Under the pieces are notes generated by a model. That model searched no databases, was not told the DNA's origin, and was given only the letters and a program-made list of their open reading frames with translations. A DNA stretch of 64,000 bases. Source: Alphaproteobacteria bacterium (lineage in GTDB: Bacteria > Pseudomonadota > Alphaproteobacteria > MPNO01). Positions 10,444-20,455 of this stretch are shown in pieces. The stretch covers positions 1,344,001 to 1,408,000 of the forward strand of contig CBDFLJ010000001.1 of NCBI GenBank assembly GCA_965248835.1, read 5' to 3'. Every line of letters begins with the position of its first letter. Positions within the stretch are counted from its first letter, which is position 1. A program made the position numbers and the translations under genes.

Positions 10444-11218
10444 GCGGCGACAGGTCCGCGGTGCGGCTCATCTGCGCTGGATTCGAGAGCACGCGCTCGC
10501 TGAAGGTCTGGTGCTGGCCGCGATCCTCGGCTGGTGGCTTGCCGCGCGCGGGATGCCGGAATTCGTCCTTCCGGGCCCGCTTGCGGTCGCCGAGCGGGTG
10601 GTCGATTTTTTCATCGTCGCCGGCATCATTGACGATTCGCTGATCAGCACCGTGCGGGTCGCCAGTTCGGTCGTCATCTCGGTAACGCTCGGTGGCGCGC
10701 TTGCCTTTATCCCGCGGCGCTGGCCGGTCGCCGACGCGATCGTTCACGAGCGCGTCAAGCCGTTTCTCAACTCTTTTCCGTCGGTCGGATGGGCGATCCT
10801 CGCCTCGATCTGGTTCGGACCGTCGAACACGTCGGTCATCTTCGTCCAGGTCGCGATCCTGACGCCGTTCTGCCTGGTCAACATCTCGGAAGGCATCAAG
10901 GAGCTCGATGCCGAGCTCCTGGAAATGGCCAGAAGCTTTACCCGCAACGGCATGAAAGTGTTCTGGCGCATTACGGTGCCGCTTCTGATGCCCTACGTCG
11001 TCGCTGCACTCAGGATCGCCTACGGTGTGGGCTGGAAGATCGCGCTGGTCTCCGAGCTCTTCGGCGCGGAGAGTGGCATCGGTTTCCTGATGCTGCGCGC
11101 GCTCACCGCGTCGGATGCGGTGACGCTGTTCGCCGCCTGTTTCGCCATCGTCCTGATCTTCATGGCCGGCGAAAAGCTCGTCATCGAACCTCTATCGCGC
11201 CGGTTTGGCGGCAGGTGA
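10427..11218 (+). CDS. NitT/TauT-family ABC permease
   Basis: LDAELLEMARSF; WKIALVSELFG; paralogue of the upstream permease. Confidence 0.88.
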   Translation: MQPSAERRQVRGAAHLRWIREHALAEGLVLAAILGWWLAARGMPEFVLPGPLAVAERVVDFFIVAGIIDDSLISTVRVASSVVISVTLGGALAFIPRRWPVADAIVHERVKPFLNSFPSVGWAILASIWFGPSNTSVIFVQVAILTPFCLVNISEGIKELDAELLEMARSFTRNGMKVFWRITVPLLMPYVVAALRIAYGVGWKIALVSELFGAESGIGFLMLRALTASDAVTLFAACFAIVLIFMAGEKLVIEPLSRRFGGR

Positions 11219-11509
11219 ACCGTGAGCCGGCAGCCGGCCAGCATATCGGCCGAACAAGCCGGCGCTCGACCGCGCGCAACAGCACAAGACCGCCGTCCGG
11301 GGACACCAGGCCGGCATCGAAGGCCGCCGTCACCGTCTTGCGCCGCACGGCTGGAAGATCGAAGGCAAGAACGGTATCCTCGGTCATGGCGGGCGTGGCG
11401 CTTTCGTTGTCCGGGTTGAAAACCGTCTCGACAACGATTTCACACACGATTTCGAAAAATCACGCTATGTCCGCCAACCCGAAACCATGCCCGGAATGAA
11501 TAATCCGGG
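11219..11509 (-). mobile_element. Truncated IS1380-family element (left end plus first ~50 codons of the transposase)
   Basis: MTEDTVLAFDLPAVRRKTVTAAFDAGLVSPDGGLVLLR is nearly identical to the 23653-24993 transposase; terminal atgaataatccggg (11496-11509) matches atgaataatggggg (25101-25114). Confidence 0.9.
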
Positions 11510-11527
11510 CTCGAGGAGGCGAGTATC

Positions 11528-12511
11528 ATGATCGATTTTCCGTCATTAACGAGACGCGGCGCGGTCGCCGCCCTGTCGGCGGTCGCCTTGTTGGCGATCG
11601 GCGCAACCGCCCAGGCCGCCGATAAGGTGAAGGTCGGCGTTTTCCCGGTGGCATCGGCGCTACCTTATTTCGTCGCGCTCGAGCGGGGCTATTTCAAAGA
11701 CGTCGATATCGACGCCGAGTTGGTGCGCCTGATCGGCGGACCGGCATTGGTCGGCGCCATGATCACCAACGACATCGACGCGGCGGCCAACCTGGTCACC
11801 ATCGAGGGCATGAACGCCAATCTAAAGAAGCCCGGCGTCGCCAACTATATCTCCATCAATAGTCAGAACAAGAAGTTCAAGATGGAGCAGTTCGTCGTCA
11901 ACAATAAGGCGGGCATCAATTCCTACGCCGATTTGAAAGGCAAAAAGATCATGTCGGCGCCAGGACCGGCGAACATGACGATGGCGCGCGCCGTGCTTGC
12001 CGCCAACGGTCTGAAAGAAGGCGATTATCAACTCGACCAATTGGCCATGCCGCAGCACGTCACGGCCATGAAGGCCGGCACCTATGATGCCGGCTATACG
12101 CTGGAACCCGCCGCCTCGATCATGGCCCAACAAGGCTCGGCGAGGACGCTCGAGGCCGGTGTCGTCGCTAAATACGTTCTCGGTAGCGACGACGCCGATG
12201 CCTTCATCGCCGGCGGTGCACTGACCGGCAAATTCATCGCCGACCGGCCCGACGTGGCCAAACGCTTTGCCGCGGCCTGGGGCCGGGCGCTGAAGGACAT
12301 CGCAAGCGACGAAACCGTACGCAAGCATCTGGTGAAGAACACCTTCACGCCGCCGAGCCTGGCGCCGACCATGCCGCTGGTGAAATTCGTAATGGTCGGC
12401 GATCTTTCGGCCGGCGACCGGGAGGAATTCCAGACCTTCATCGATTTCGCCTCCAACAACGGCATTCTCAAAGAGAAAGTCGACACGGCGAAGTACCTGA
12501 AAGTCTTTTAA
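11528..12511 (+). CDS. NMT1/THI5-like ABC substrate-binding protein
   Basis: RR-containing signal peptide; LPYFVALERGYFKD; RBS GAGGAGG. Confidence 0.88.
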   Translation: MIDFPSLTRRGAVAALSAVALLAIGATAQAADKVKVGVFPVASALPYFVALERGYFKDVDIDAELVRLIGGPALVGAMITNDIDAAANLVTIEGMNANLKKPGVANYISINSQNKKFKMEQFVVNNKAGINSYADLKGKKIMSAPGPANMTMARAVLAANGLKEGDYQLDQLAMPQHVTAMKAGTYDAGYTLEPAASIMAQQGSARTLEAGVVAKYVLGSDDADAFIAGGALTGKFIADRPDVAKRFAAAWGRALKDIASDETVRKHLVKNTFTPPSLAPTMPLVKFVMVGDLSAGDREEFQTFIDFASNNGILKEKVDTAKYLKVF

Positions 12512-12528
12512 GGGTACGGGAATATCTG

Positions 12529-13365
12529 GTGACGGTAGAGAAAGCAGCGGCGGTGGCGGCGGGGAACGTGGCGCCGCTGCCGCCCGCCGCAACCGCGCCG
12601 CCCGATGCGCGCCCGCACATCACCGTGCGCGGGCTGTCGAAGCGTTTCGGCAACGCCACCATCTACGACAAGTTCGACCTCGACATCCCGCGCGGCCGTT
12701 TCGTATCGGTGTTCGGCCCCAACGGCTGCGGCAAGTCGACCCTGATCAATATTATTGCCGGGCTGCTCCCGGCCGATGAGGGTGAGATCCTGTTCGACGG
12801 CAAGACGCTGCGCCAAACCAATTTCGGCTATGTGTTCCAGAACTATAGGGAGGCACTGTTTCCCTGGCTCAGAGCCATCGACAATATTCGCTACCCGCTA
12901 AAGTTTTTTAACTTGTCGAAAGCCGAGCAGCGCGACAAGGTCGACCGGCTGGTCGAGCATCTCGGCGTCAAGATCGATCTCACCCGCTATCCCTACCAGT
13001 TGTCGGGCGGCCAACAACAGCTGATCTCGATCATGCGCTCGCTGGTGATCGAGCCGGAGGTGCTGTTCCTCGACGAACCGTTTTCGGCGCTCGATTACGA
13101 GATGACCTTGTTCATGCGCGACCAGTTGCAGGCGGTGTTCCTGGAAACCGGCACCACCATGGTGTTCGTCTCGCACGATTTGGAAGAAGCCATCTATCTA
13201 GCCGACGACGTGCTGCTGCTGTCGCGCGGCCCGGCGCGGATCGCCGACTACGTGACCGTTAGAAATCCGCGCCCGCGCAGCGCCGATACCCTGTCGGACA
13301 GCGAATTCGTTCAGGTCAAGGGACACTGCCTCGAAGTTTTCCAGCGTCTGGTGCGCGGCTCATGA
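12529..13365 (+). CDS. NitT/TauT-family ABC ATP-binding protein
   Basis: Walker A GPNGCGKS, LSGGQ, LFLDEPFSALD, SHD. Confidence 0.93.
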   Translation: MTVEKAAAVAAGNVAPLPPAATAPPDARPHITVRGLSKRFGNATIYDKFDLDIPRGRFVSVFGPNGCGKSTLINIIAGLLPADEGEILFDGKTLRQTNFGYVFQNYREALFPWLRAIDNIRYPLKFFNLSKAEQRDKVDRLVEHLGVKIDLTRYPYQLSGGQQQLISIMRSLVIEPEVLFLDEPFSALDYEMTLFMRDQLQAVFLETGTTMVFVSHDLEEAIYLADDVLLLSRGPARIADYVTVRNPRPRSADTLSDSEFVQVKGHCLEVFQRLVRGS

Positions 13366-14129
13366 GCGGACTGCGTCAAATGCTCGGCTACTGGACGCCG
13401 CTGATCGGCGTGGTCGGGCTGGTGCTCTTGTGGCAGATCGCGGTCTGGATCGAAATCGTCGATCCCGTTCTGCTGCCGCCCCCGAAAGCGACCTTCTTGG
13501 CGATCTGGAATGGAATGACCGGCGGCAGGCTGTTGTTCGACTTCCTGCGCACGGTCGAACGGACCACGTTGTCGATCGTCTACGCCGCAGCAATTTCGAT
13601 CCCGCTGGGGATCCTCCTGGGCTCCTCGACCCAGGTCTACCGGTCGGTCGAGTTTGTTGTCGACTTCTTCCGCTCGACCCCCGCGTCCGCGGTTTTCCCG
13701 CTGTTTCTGGTTATCTTCGGGGTTGGCGACAACACCAAAATATTGGTGGCGACCTTCGGCGCCAGCCTGGTGATCCTGTTCAACGTCGCCTACGGCGTCA
13801 TGAACGCACGCAAGACCCGGTTGCTGGCGGCCAAGGTCATGGGGGCGTCGAAGATGCGGGTGCTGACCGACGTCATGCTGTTCGAATCGATGCCGCAGAC
13901 CTTCATTGGATTGCGCAACGGGGTCTCGCTGGCGCTGGTTATCGTCATCGTGGCGGAAATGTTCATCGGCTCGGTCGACGGGCTCGGCTACAGTGTGCTC
14001 GACAGCCAGATGCTATTCGAAATGCCCGACATGTACGCTGCGATCTTCGTTGCCGGCGCCCTGGGCTATGGGTTTAACTTATTGTTCCTGCTGATCGAAA
14101 AGCGCTTCATTCATTGGTCTGGCCACTAG
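13362..14129 (+). CDS. NitT/TauT-family ABC permease
   Basis: TM profile; AAKVMGAS loop; ATGA overlap with the ATPase. Confidence 0.9.
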   Translation: MSGLRQMLGYWTPLIGVVGLVLLWQIAVWIEIVDPVLLPPPKATFLAIWNGMTGGRLLFDFLRTVERTTLSIVYAAAISIPLGILLGSSTQVYRSVEFVVDFFRSTPASAVFPLFLVIFGVGDNTKILVATFGASLVILFNVAYGVMNARKTRLLAAKVMGASKMRVLTDVMLFESMPQTFIGLRNGVSLALVIVIVAEMFIGSVDGLGYSVLDSQMLFEMPDMYAAIFVAGALGYGFNLLFLLIEKRFIHWSGH

Positions 14130-14135
14130 CCGCCA

Positions 14136-15311
14136 ATGGACGATCCCTATAACGCGTTTTGCGACCATGCCGTCGTCTATATCGAGGGCGACAGCGACGG
14201 GCCGCTTTCCGGCCTGACGCTCGCGGCGAAAGACCTGTTCGATATCGCCGACTACCGCACCGGCGGCGGCAACCCGGATTGGCTGATGACCCACCCGCCG
14301 GCGAGCCGCCATGCGCCGGTTGTCGAGACCCTGCTGGCGGCCGGCGCCACCCTGGTCGGCAAGACCCATACCGACGAGTTGTCGCGCGGCATTTTCGGCG
14401 AGAACCCCCATTACGGCACGCCGGTAAATCCGAAGGCCGAGAACCGATTGCCGGGGGGCTCGTCGAGCGGTTCCGCGGTAGCGGTGGCCGCTGTCATGGT
14501 CGATTTCGCCATCGGCACCGATACCGGTGGGTCGGTGCGCGCACCGGCGAGTTTTTGCGGGCTCTACGGCATTCGCCCGACCCACGGCCGCCTGGCACTC
14601 GAAGGCGTGCTGGGGCAATCGCCGAGTTTCGACACCGTCGGCTGGTTCGCCCGCGACGCCGACATGTTGGCCCGGGTCGGCGCGGTCTTGCTCGACGCCG
14701 ACATTGCCGACGACGTACCCGATCGCCTGATCATCGCCGAAGATGCGTTTGCCGCCGCCGACCACGATGCCGCGGCGGCGCTGAGGCCGGTTGCCGAGCG
14801 GCTAGCGGCGACGGTCGGACAGAGCGCCCGGCAGGCGATAAGTCCCGAAGGTCTAGACGTGTGGGTCGGCCATCAATCGACCTTGCAGGGCCGCGAGGCG
14901 TGGCAGACCTTCGCCGACTGGATCGATCAGACCAACCCGCGGTTCGGCTACGAGGTCGCCGAGATATTCAATTTCGGCGCCGCCGTCACCGACCAGCGAG
15001 TCGCCGAAGCCACTGAAGCCTGGTCCCGAATCGTCGCCCACCTCGACGCTATTCTGACCCCGGGGACCGTCATCTGCCTGCCGACGACGCCTTTCGTCGC
15101 GCCGCTGCGCGGCCAGCCGCGCTCGGCGGCCAAGGCGTTGCGCGGGCGCATCGCCCCCCTGACCTGCATCGCCGGGCTGCTCGGCGCGCCGCAGATCACC
15201 CTGCCCCTGGCCGAAGTCGACGGGGTGCCGTTGGGGATTTCCCTGCTTGGCCGTCCGGGTAGCGACGAACGATTGCTCGGCTTCGTCCGCCGGCTGGCGG
15301 CAAGGTTTTAG
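14136..15311 (+). CDS. Amidase signature family enzyme
   Basis: KDLFD, GGSSSGS, GTDTGGSVRAPASFCG. Confidence 0.93.
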   Translation: MDDPYNAFCDHAVVYIEGDSDGPLSGLTLAAKDLFDIADYRTGGGNPDWLMTHPPASRHAPVVETLLAAGATLVGKTHTDELSRGIFGENPHYGTPVNPKAENRLPGGSSSGSAVAVAAVMVDFAIGTDTGGSVRAPASFCGLYGIRPTHGRLALEGVLGQSPSFDTVGWFARDADMLARVGAVLLDADIADDVPDRLIIAEDAFAAADHDAAAALRPVAERLAATVGQSARQAISPEGLDVWVGHQSTLQGREAWQTFADWIDQTNPRFGYEVAEIFNFGAAVTDQRVAEATEAWSRIVAHLDAILTPGTVICLPTTPFVAPLRGQPRSAAKALRGRIAPLTCIAGLLGAPQITLPLAEVDGVPLGISLLGRPGSDERLLGFVRRLAARF

Positions 15312-15565
15312 ACCTCCGCGATCTTCGCCGACAGCGCCGATAAGTTCTGGTTGTCGTCGCCACTCAGGCCCTGCGCCGGTTAAATGGAGCGCGTGAGTGC
15401 GCCGGTCGTCGATGTTCGAAACCGGCATGCCAATACCGTCGATTTGCCGATAATTCGCAGAATGGTTCCTGCCCAACGGCCTGGGTGCATGGCGCGATTT
15501 GCGATTTGCTTCGAACGCGACGAGATCGATCGCCGATCGCCGATCGTTTCTCTTGATACCGCCGT

Positions 15566-15602
15566 GACCGCCAAACCGGGGACCGCCGAACCGGGGACCG
15601 CC
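15566..15602. repeat. Short tandem repeat, 15-bp unit x2.5
   Basis: gaccgccaaaccggg gaccgccgaaccggg gaccgcc. Confidence 0.7.
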
Positions 15603-15604
15603 AT

Positions 15605-17044
15605 TCAATGGACCGGCTCGGTTCGTTTCAACAGCGCGTCGATCGCCGCGACCTCGGGCGAGTCGGAATCCGCGTCCCGCCAGCCTTCGGCGGCACGGCG
15701 CAGATTGCCGGTCCCTTCTTCCAGCTTGCCGCCGCCGATCTGCGCCCGGCTCAGCCGAAACAGGTCGCGAACGGTCGGGCGCGGGTCGAGGCGGCTCCTC
15801 TGCAGATCCTCGGCCTCGGCGAACCGGTCGGTCCGCAAATATGCCTCGATCAGGGCGTCCCAATACACCTCGTGCTGAGCGTTGCTGCCGCCGACGCCTT
15901 GTATGCGCCCGATCGCCGGCGCCATCAGCCGGATGGTCGCGTCGTAGTCTCCGCGGGCGAACGCCCAGGCGCCTTCGACCAACGGAAGTCCCACCTCGAC
16001 CGCGGTCGTCCCGCCGCCCTTGTCCAGCTTCCCGAGACCGGCGGCCAGGCCGTTCTTTCCCGCCTCGTTACCGGCGCCGGCGAACGCGAGCGCGGCGTTC
16101 ATGCCATCCCATTCGCCCTGCGCGGGTCCGGCGATGCCGTTGGCCAGCGGCTGGAGTTCATCCCACTGCTCGGCGGTCGGCGCGTAGCCGTACACCATGC
16201 AGCGCCACAGGAACGAGGCCGAATTGTTGAGCGTGCTGCGGTGCTTGCAGACCGCGGGGCGAACCCCCGTCTCGTAGATCTCCATCGCCCGCGCGTGGTG
16301 TCCGCGCCCCAGCTCGAACAGCGTGAGATGCCACGACGTGTGCCCGAACATGGGCGCCCGTGAATCGAAGTCGCCAAGCCATGGGCCCAGAAAGGTCGCC
16401 CCCTTCTCATCATCCTTGGTGTCGGCATAGACATGGGCAAGCGTATGGGCGGCCCAGAGGTTCTTCGGGTTCAGCGCGAGCGAACGTTGCGCCGCGTCGA
16501 CCGCTTTTTCGTAATGACCGCATTCGCCCAGCGCGAAGCCGAGCTGGCCCGGAAACCACCAATCGTCGTCATAGTCTTCGGCGAACGCGTCGAGCAGCTC
16601 GAACTGCAATTGCTGGCGGTTTTCGCCTCCGCTGTAGAACAGGTAACGGTCGGCGCCCAACAAAATTAAAGCGTCGCGCGAGAATTCCGCGAGATGTTCC
16701 CGCATCAGCGCGAACGCGCGTGGTCCGTCGCCGTCGGCCAGGACCGCGATTGCCTCGACATGCTGCTTTTCGCGCCGGGTGACTTCGGTGGCCAGAGACC
16801 GCGCTAGATCGGCGGTCTCTTTCGCCTCGTCGCGTCGGCCGGTATCCCGCAGCACCACGGTCAGCGCGGCGGGGGCGAGGGCGAACCCGGGGTCTGCCGT
16901 CACCGCCTCCCTCAGCGCTGCCTCGCCGCCCGGGTTCCCGGACATGTAGAGGTCGACGCCGTCCTGATATTTTGCCGCGGCCTTGCCGTTGGCCGTGCTG
17001 ATGGTCAATCCGTGCCGATCCCGATGCATCGCGTTTCCGGTCAT
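15605..17044 (-). CDS. Tetratricopeptide repeat protein (TTC38-like)
   Basis: DRHGLTIST start, ADPGFALA, WAAHTLAH, HTSWH, GGSNAQ motifs; RBS AGGAGG before ATG 17044. Confidence 0.8.
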   Translation of the reverse strand: MTGNAMHRDRHGLTISTANGKAAAKYQDGVDLYMSGNPGGEAALREAVTADPGFALAPAALTVVLRDTGRRDEAKETADLARSLATEVTRREKQHVEAIAVLADGDGPRAFALMREHLAEFSRDALILLGADRYLFYSGGENRQQLQFELLDAFAEDYDDDWWFPGQLGFALGECGHYEKAVDAAQRSLALNPKNLWAAHTLAHVYADTKDDEKGATFLGPWLGDFDSRAPMFGHTSWHLTLFELGRGHHARAMEIYETGVRPAVCKHRSTLNNSASFLWRCMVYGYAPTAEQWDELQPLANGIAGPAQGEWDGMNAALAFAGAGNEAGKNGLAAGLGKLDKGGGTTAVEVGLPLVEGAWAFARGDYDATIRLMAPAIGRIQGVGGSNAQHEVYWDALIEAYLRTDRFAEAEDLQRSRLDPRPTVRDLFRLSRAQIGGGKLEEGTGNLRRAAEGWRDADSDSPEVAAIDALLKRTEPVH

Positions 17045-17657
17045 ATCCTGCCTCCTTGCGGACCCCGATTTCGCAAACACTGGACGCCTGTCCGCCAACG
17101 TGCCGCGGATCGTGGCCGAGCAACTTTTCCGCCATGGCGGAAATCGTCAACCACGGTATCGGTTGAACCGCCGCGCCACAACAAAAGCAAGTGGCCTCGA
17201 TCGGGGGTCTCGACGGCAACGACGACGACAAGGGAGCCGGTCGCCGGTCCCGTCCGCCGGCATCGGCGCGCCGCCCCATTCCTCACCCAGGGAGCTGCCG
17301 CACGCAGCATGACAGCGCACGACCGCGGCCAGGCCAGGTCGGCGGCAAGCTGTGCGCGCCGTGCGGTCGGAGATCGAATCATTGCAGCCGTTTCGCGACC
17401 GGTGGGTTGACGAACACGGCGGCGGCAACCGGACCGCGTCACGCCGTTCGAGCTGGACGACGAAGAACCGAGGTCATTCGGTGAGAGCTCGCCGGTGCCG
17501 TCTGATCAAGCGCATCGCATCCCCGGCGCGTCATGTCCGGAGGTCGAGCCCGTCGGGCACTCATGGTTGATGCCGGGTCAAATAGGGTGTCAAATATTCC
17601 TTGAATGACAAACCTGAGGAATTGCGGTCGCGGCCGCTTCATGGGCGGAGGACACCA

Positions 17658-18569
17658 ATGACCACGCTGAGGAAAATCGAATACGGCGCGCCGACCGACA
17701 AGAGTGCGGATACGGTGCGGCTCGGTATCGAAAAGGGCATCTTCGAGGAAGAGGGGCTGGACCTGTCGGTGACGGTCGTGTTCGGCGGCCCGGAGATCGC
17801 GGCGGCCTATGAATCGGGCGCGCTGCGGATCGGCGAAATCGGATCCCCGCCGGCGATCAACGCGATCGCGGCGGGCAAATCATTCAAAATCATCGCCAGC
17901 GGGTGCCGCCAGCGGGCACACATGTTCTTCGGCGTCCGCAAGGGGATAGATTCGTTCGAGCAACTGAAAGGCAAGCGGCTGGGTCTCCTGGGCATCGGCA
18001 GCTGCCCCGACTGGATCGCGCGCAAGATCCTCAAGAGGCACGGGCTGGAGCCCGGCCGGGACGTCACCTTCGTGCCGCTGCTGGACCAGTACCCCCGTAT
18101 CATCGACATTATGGAGGAAGGCCGCATCGACGCCTGTCTCGCCGTCGAGCCCAACCTGTCGATCGGTGAAGAGAGGGGCCTGCTGGATGTCTGGGCGGCG
18201 GGTTTCGACGAGCCCTACCTGCCGCACTATCAGTGGATCGTCCGTGTCGCCCGCAACGACCTGATCGAAAGCGATCCGGAGCTGGTTGCGGCGGTCATGC
18301 GCGGCTGCCGCCGGTCGGCCCATTACGCCGCCCGACACGTCGACGAGTGGGTGGCGTTCGCGGCGCGGCAGTTCGGCGCCAGCCATGCGGCGGCGCGGCG
18401 CGCGATCGAGCGCGAGCTGCCCCATTTCCACCTCGATTGCCAGATCGACATGTCGGGGCTGCAGGTCGCGGTCGACATGCAGCACGAGCTGGGCGGGATC
18501 GCGCGGCCCATGAAGGCGAAAGATTTCGTCGACCTGCGATTCCAGCCCGACCTGTCGATCGCCGCCTGA
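17658..18569 (+). CDS. NMT1/SsuA-like ABC substrate-binding protein (orphan, no evident signal peptide)
   Basis: GIEKGIFEEEGLDL, QLKGKRLG; RBS GGAGG. Confidence 0.8.
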   Translation: MTTLRKIEYGAPTDKSADTVRLGIEKGIFEEEGLDLSVTVVFGGPEIAAAYESGALRIGEIGSPPAINAIAAGKSFKIIASGCRQRAHMFFGVRKGIDSFEQLKGKRLGLLGIGSCPDWIARKILKRHGLEPGRDVTFVPLLDQYPRIIDIMEEGRIDACLAVEPNLSIGEERGLLDVWAAGFDEPYLPHYQWIVRVARNDLIESDPELVAAVMRGCRRSAHYAARHVDEWVAFAARQFGASHAAARRAIERELPHFHLDCQIDMSGLQVAVDMQHELGGIARPMKAKDFVDLRFQPDLSIAA

Positions 18570-18590
18570 TCCGGAACCGCGATGGCCTCC

Positions 18591-18703
18591 GCTGTGGGTA
18601 AGCGGCTTGTCGCCGCCAGACTCTCGGCGGTCGCGGCGACAAGCCGCTTACCACAGCTGCCAGAGGCTCCAACAACTCTTACACCACGCCTGGGGACACA
18701 ACC
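18591..18703. repeat. Palindromic ~112-bp dispersed repeat, copy 1 (MITE/IS-end-like)
   Basis: ~26-bp stem gctgtgggtaagcggcttgtcgccgc ... gcggcgacaagccgcttaccacagc, followed by tail ccacgcctggggacacaacc; second copy at 40880-40991. Confidence 0.85.
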
Positions 18704-18789
18704 GAGAGGATGGCAATCGGGCGGGTAGGAACCGGAGAGGAGCGAGGAAGGACTGAGGGTAGGAATCGGGCGTTTGCGCCCTGGTAACG

Positions 18790-18814
18790 AAAAAAGCCGC
18801 CCCAGGGGGACGGC
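18790..18814 (-). terminator. Rho-independent terminator of the xre-RES operon
   Basis: Minus strand gccgtccccctggggcggc followed by tttttt, about 40 bp after the RES stop. Confidence 0.65.
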
Positions 18815-18855
18815 ATTTGGGTAATGGCGCGGGTTACTGAAGCGTTACGAGCCCA

Positions 18856-19548
18856 TCATGTGTAGGCTTCTTCAAACTCGATCTCCGGCTCGGGCGATCC
18901 CGTCCAGGTGAAACGGTAGCGCGCTCTCTTGCGAATGTTGCCGACGAGCGCGGGGCGGAAACATGCGAGGCAGACGCCGGCGTTGTGGCGCACGCTGGGA
19001 TAAATGATCCCGGACGACCGCTCTCCTAGAAGGGTCTCGGCGAGCAACTGGGATTCGACGTAGCTGTTCGGGTCGAGGCATTTTTGGTAGGCCGCATCTC
19101 CCCGAATGTCGTGATACTCCCCGCCGAAGTCCGCGAGATAGTCGTCGTAGGTGACGCTTTCCTCCAACCAGTCGATTTCAGCGAGTTCGACCGACTTGTG
19201 CCAAGCGGCCTCGGCTTGCGACGTCTCGAGCTCGAAACCCGCATACCAGGCGCCGCGATCCGGCCCGTTGAACCGGCTGCCGAGAGGATGGGCATGCGAA
19301 AAGGCGGCGTTGATGATGCGGAAACAGGGAATGCCGAATACCAGCTCATCGATGCCGATGCCCGGCAGCCGATCGTTCTCGGCGAGCACGCGGTCATTGG
19401 TCGCGTGGTCCAGATCGACGATGCCACGAAGGTGGTCGTCATCGTCGGCGATCCGGACGAGCACGCTTTCCCCACCCTCACTGTACTTCCAGGGAATGAG
19501 CCGGTGCGCGTCGAGCTGCCGAATGCGTGAAACGGCGGGACTGGTCAA
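18856..19548 (-). CDS. RES-domain toxin (NAD+-consuming family)
   Basis: HRLI, GSRFNGPDRGAWYA..E, GIIYPSVRH..CLACFRP; start overlaps the antitoxin stop. Confidence 0.9.
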   Translation of the reverse strand: MTSPAVSRIRQLDAHRLIPWKYSEGGESVLVRIADDDDHLRGIVDLDHATNDRVLAENDRLPGIGIDELVFGIPCFRIINAAFSHAHPLGSRFNGPDRGAWYAGFELETSQAEAAWHKSVELAEIDWLEESVTYDDYLADFGGEYHDIRGDAAYQKCLDPNSYVESQLLAETLLGERSSGIIYPSVRHNAGVCLACFRPALVGNIRKRARYRFTWTGSPEPEIEFEEAYT

Positions 19549-19982
19549 TGACCGCTCCGCCGTGCATCCAGAAGTTTGCGTACCGTCGCGAATGCCGGCA
19601 AGCCGCCCTGCATGAGATACTCATGTGGCGTCATCCCGCCGAAAATCCGGTTCTTGTTCGGCAGTTGCATCCAGCGGTCCGCCAACTCCTCGCTGTAGAG
19701 AATGTTCAGCGCCTTGAAGATGCCCACGAGATAGGAGATCCGGCGAAGCTTGTCCTCGTCGAGCGCGCGATCGCCTCCCTTCTTCAGAGCGTAATAGGCG
19801 CCGTTCGAGATTCCTCCGAGCAGCGGGCGAGCATCGTCGTCACGAATCTCCCAGCGCGCCATGATATTGAAGAAGGCGCGCACGGCGTCCGAGCTGAGCC
19901 GCTCGCGCTCCGTTCGATCGGATAGATCGATCAGGGGTGCGACCTCGTAGCGGGTGGCAGGATAGGCTCGAGTGAGGGGCAT
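19545..19982 (-). CDS. Xre/MbcA/ParS-type antitoxin (HTH + DUF2384)
   Basis: RISYLVGIFKAL, WMQLPNKNRIFGGMTP..M..GG; directly upstream of RES. Confidence 0.88.
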   Translation of the reverse strand: MPLTRAYPATRYEVAPLIDLSDRTERERLSSDAVRAFFNIMARWEIRDDDARPLLGGISNGAYYALKKGGDRALDEDKLRRISYLVGIFKALNILYSEELADRWMQLPNKNRIFGGMTPHEYLMQGGLPAFATVRKLLDARRSGH

Positions 19983-19988
19983 GGCCTG

Positions 19989-20033
19989 CTCCACTTATGG
20001 AGTAAAAATAACTCCATTTTTGGAGAATTACAA
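19989..20033 (-). promoter_or_regulatory. Promoter of xre-RES with twin palindromic operators
   Basis: TTGTAA-17bp-TATTTT on the minus strand; CTCCA-N4-TGGAG at 19989-20002 and 20012-20025. Confidence 0.65.
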
Positions 20034-20110
20034 GCCTGCTGATGCGACCAGAAAAAGCCCGAAGAATCTCGGAGTTAGCGACTATTCTCCGGATTGGGAG
20101 GCAGATGCCC

Positions 20111-20320
20111 TCAGAGCGAGAACCGGCAGCGGCCGTGTTGCTCCTCGATGAAATCACGCCGATCCGAACGCTTGGAGAACGCCTTGGCGAGCGTATTGAC
20201 GCTGTCACTATACCCGGCGGCCTCCAGCACTTCCGCGGTCGACCGCTCGGGCTGGCCCGATTGCCACGCCTCGAACGGCTGGCGAATGACGGCCCGCTGC
20301 TTCGAGCCGGTCGCCGAACG
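20111..20320 (-). pseudogene. C-terminal remnant of a hypothetical protein
   Basis: Frame not in the ORF track reads VIRQPFEAWQSGQPERSTAEVLEAAGYSDSVNTLAKAFSKRSDRRDFIEEQHGRCRFSL*; protein-like composition, no start found. Confidence 0.45.
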
Positions 20321-20455
20321 GCCGATCCACCCGACAGGATCACGTCAATCGGAATACGCGATTGAGCGCAAGCCACAGCTCACCAGCCGGTCAAAGCTGT
20401 AGCCTGCGGGCCGCGAAACCGCTCCAATGGCGGTCAATGTCGGAAGGGAGCGGCG

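Noticed and set aside
18591-18703. Palindromic repeat as a CRISPR repeat or integron attC site
   Set aside because: Only two copies 22 kb apart, no spacers or cas genes; no RYYYAAC/GTTRRRY core sites; no IntI
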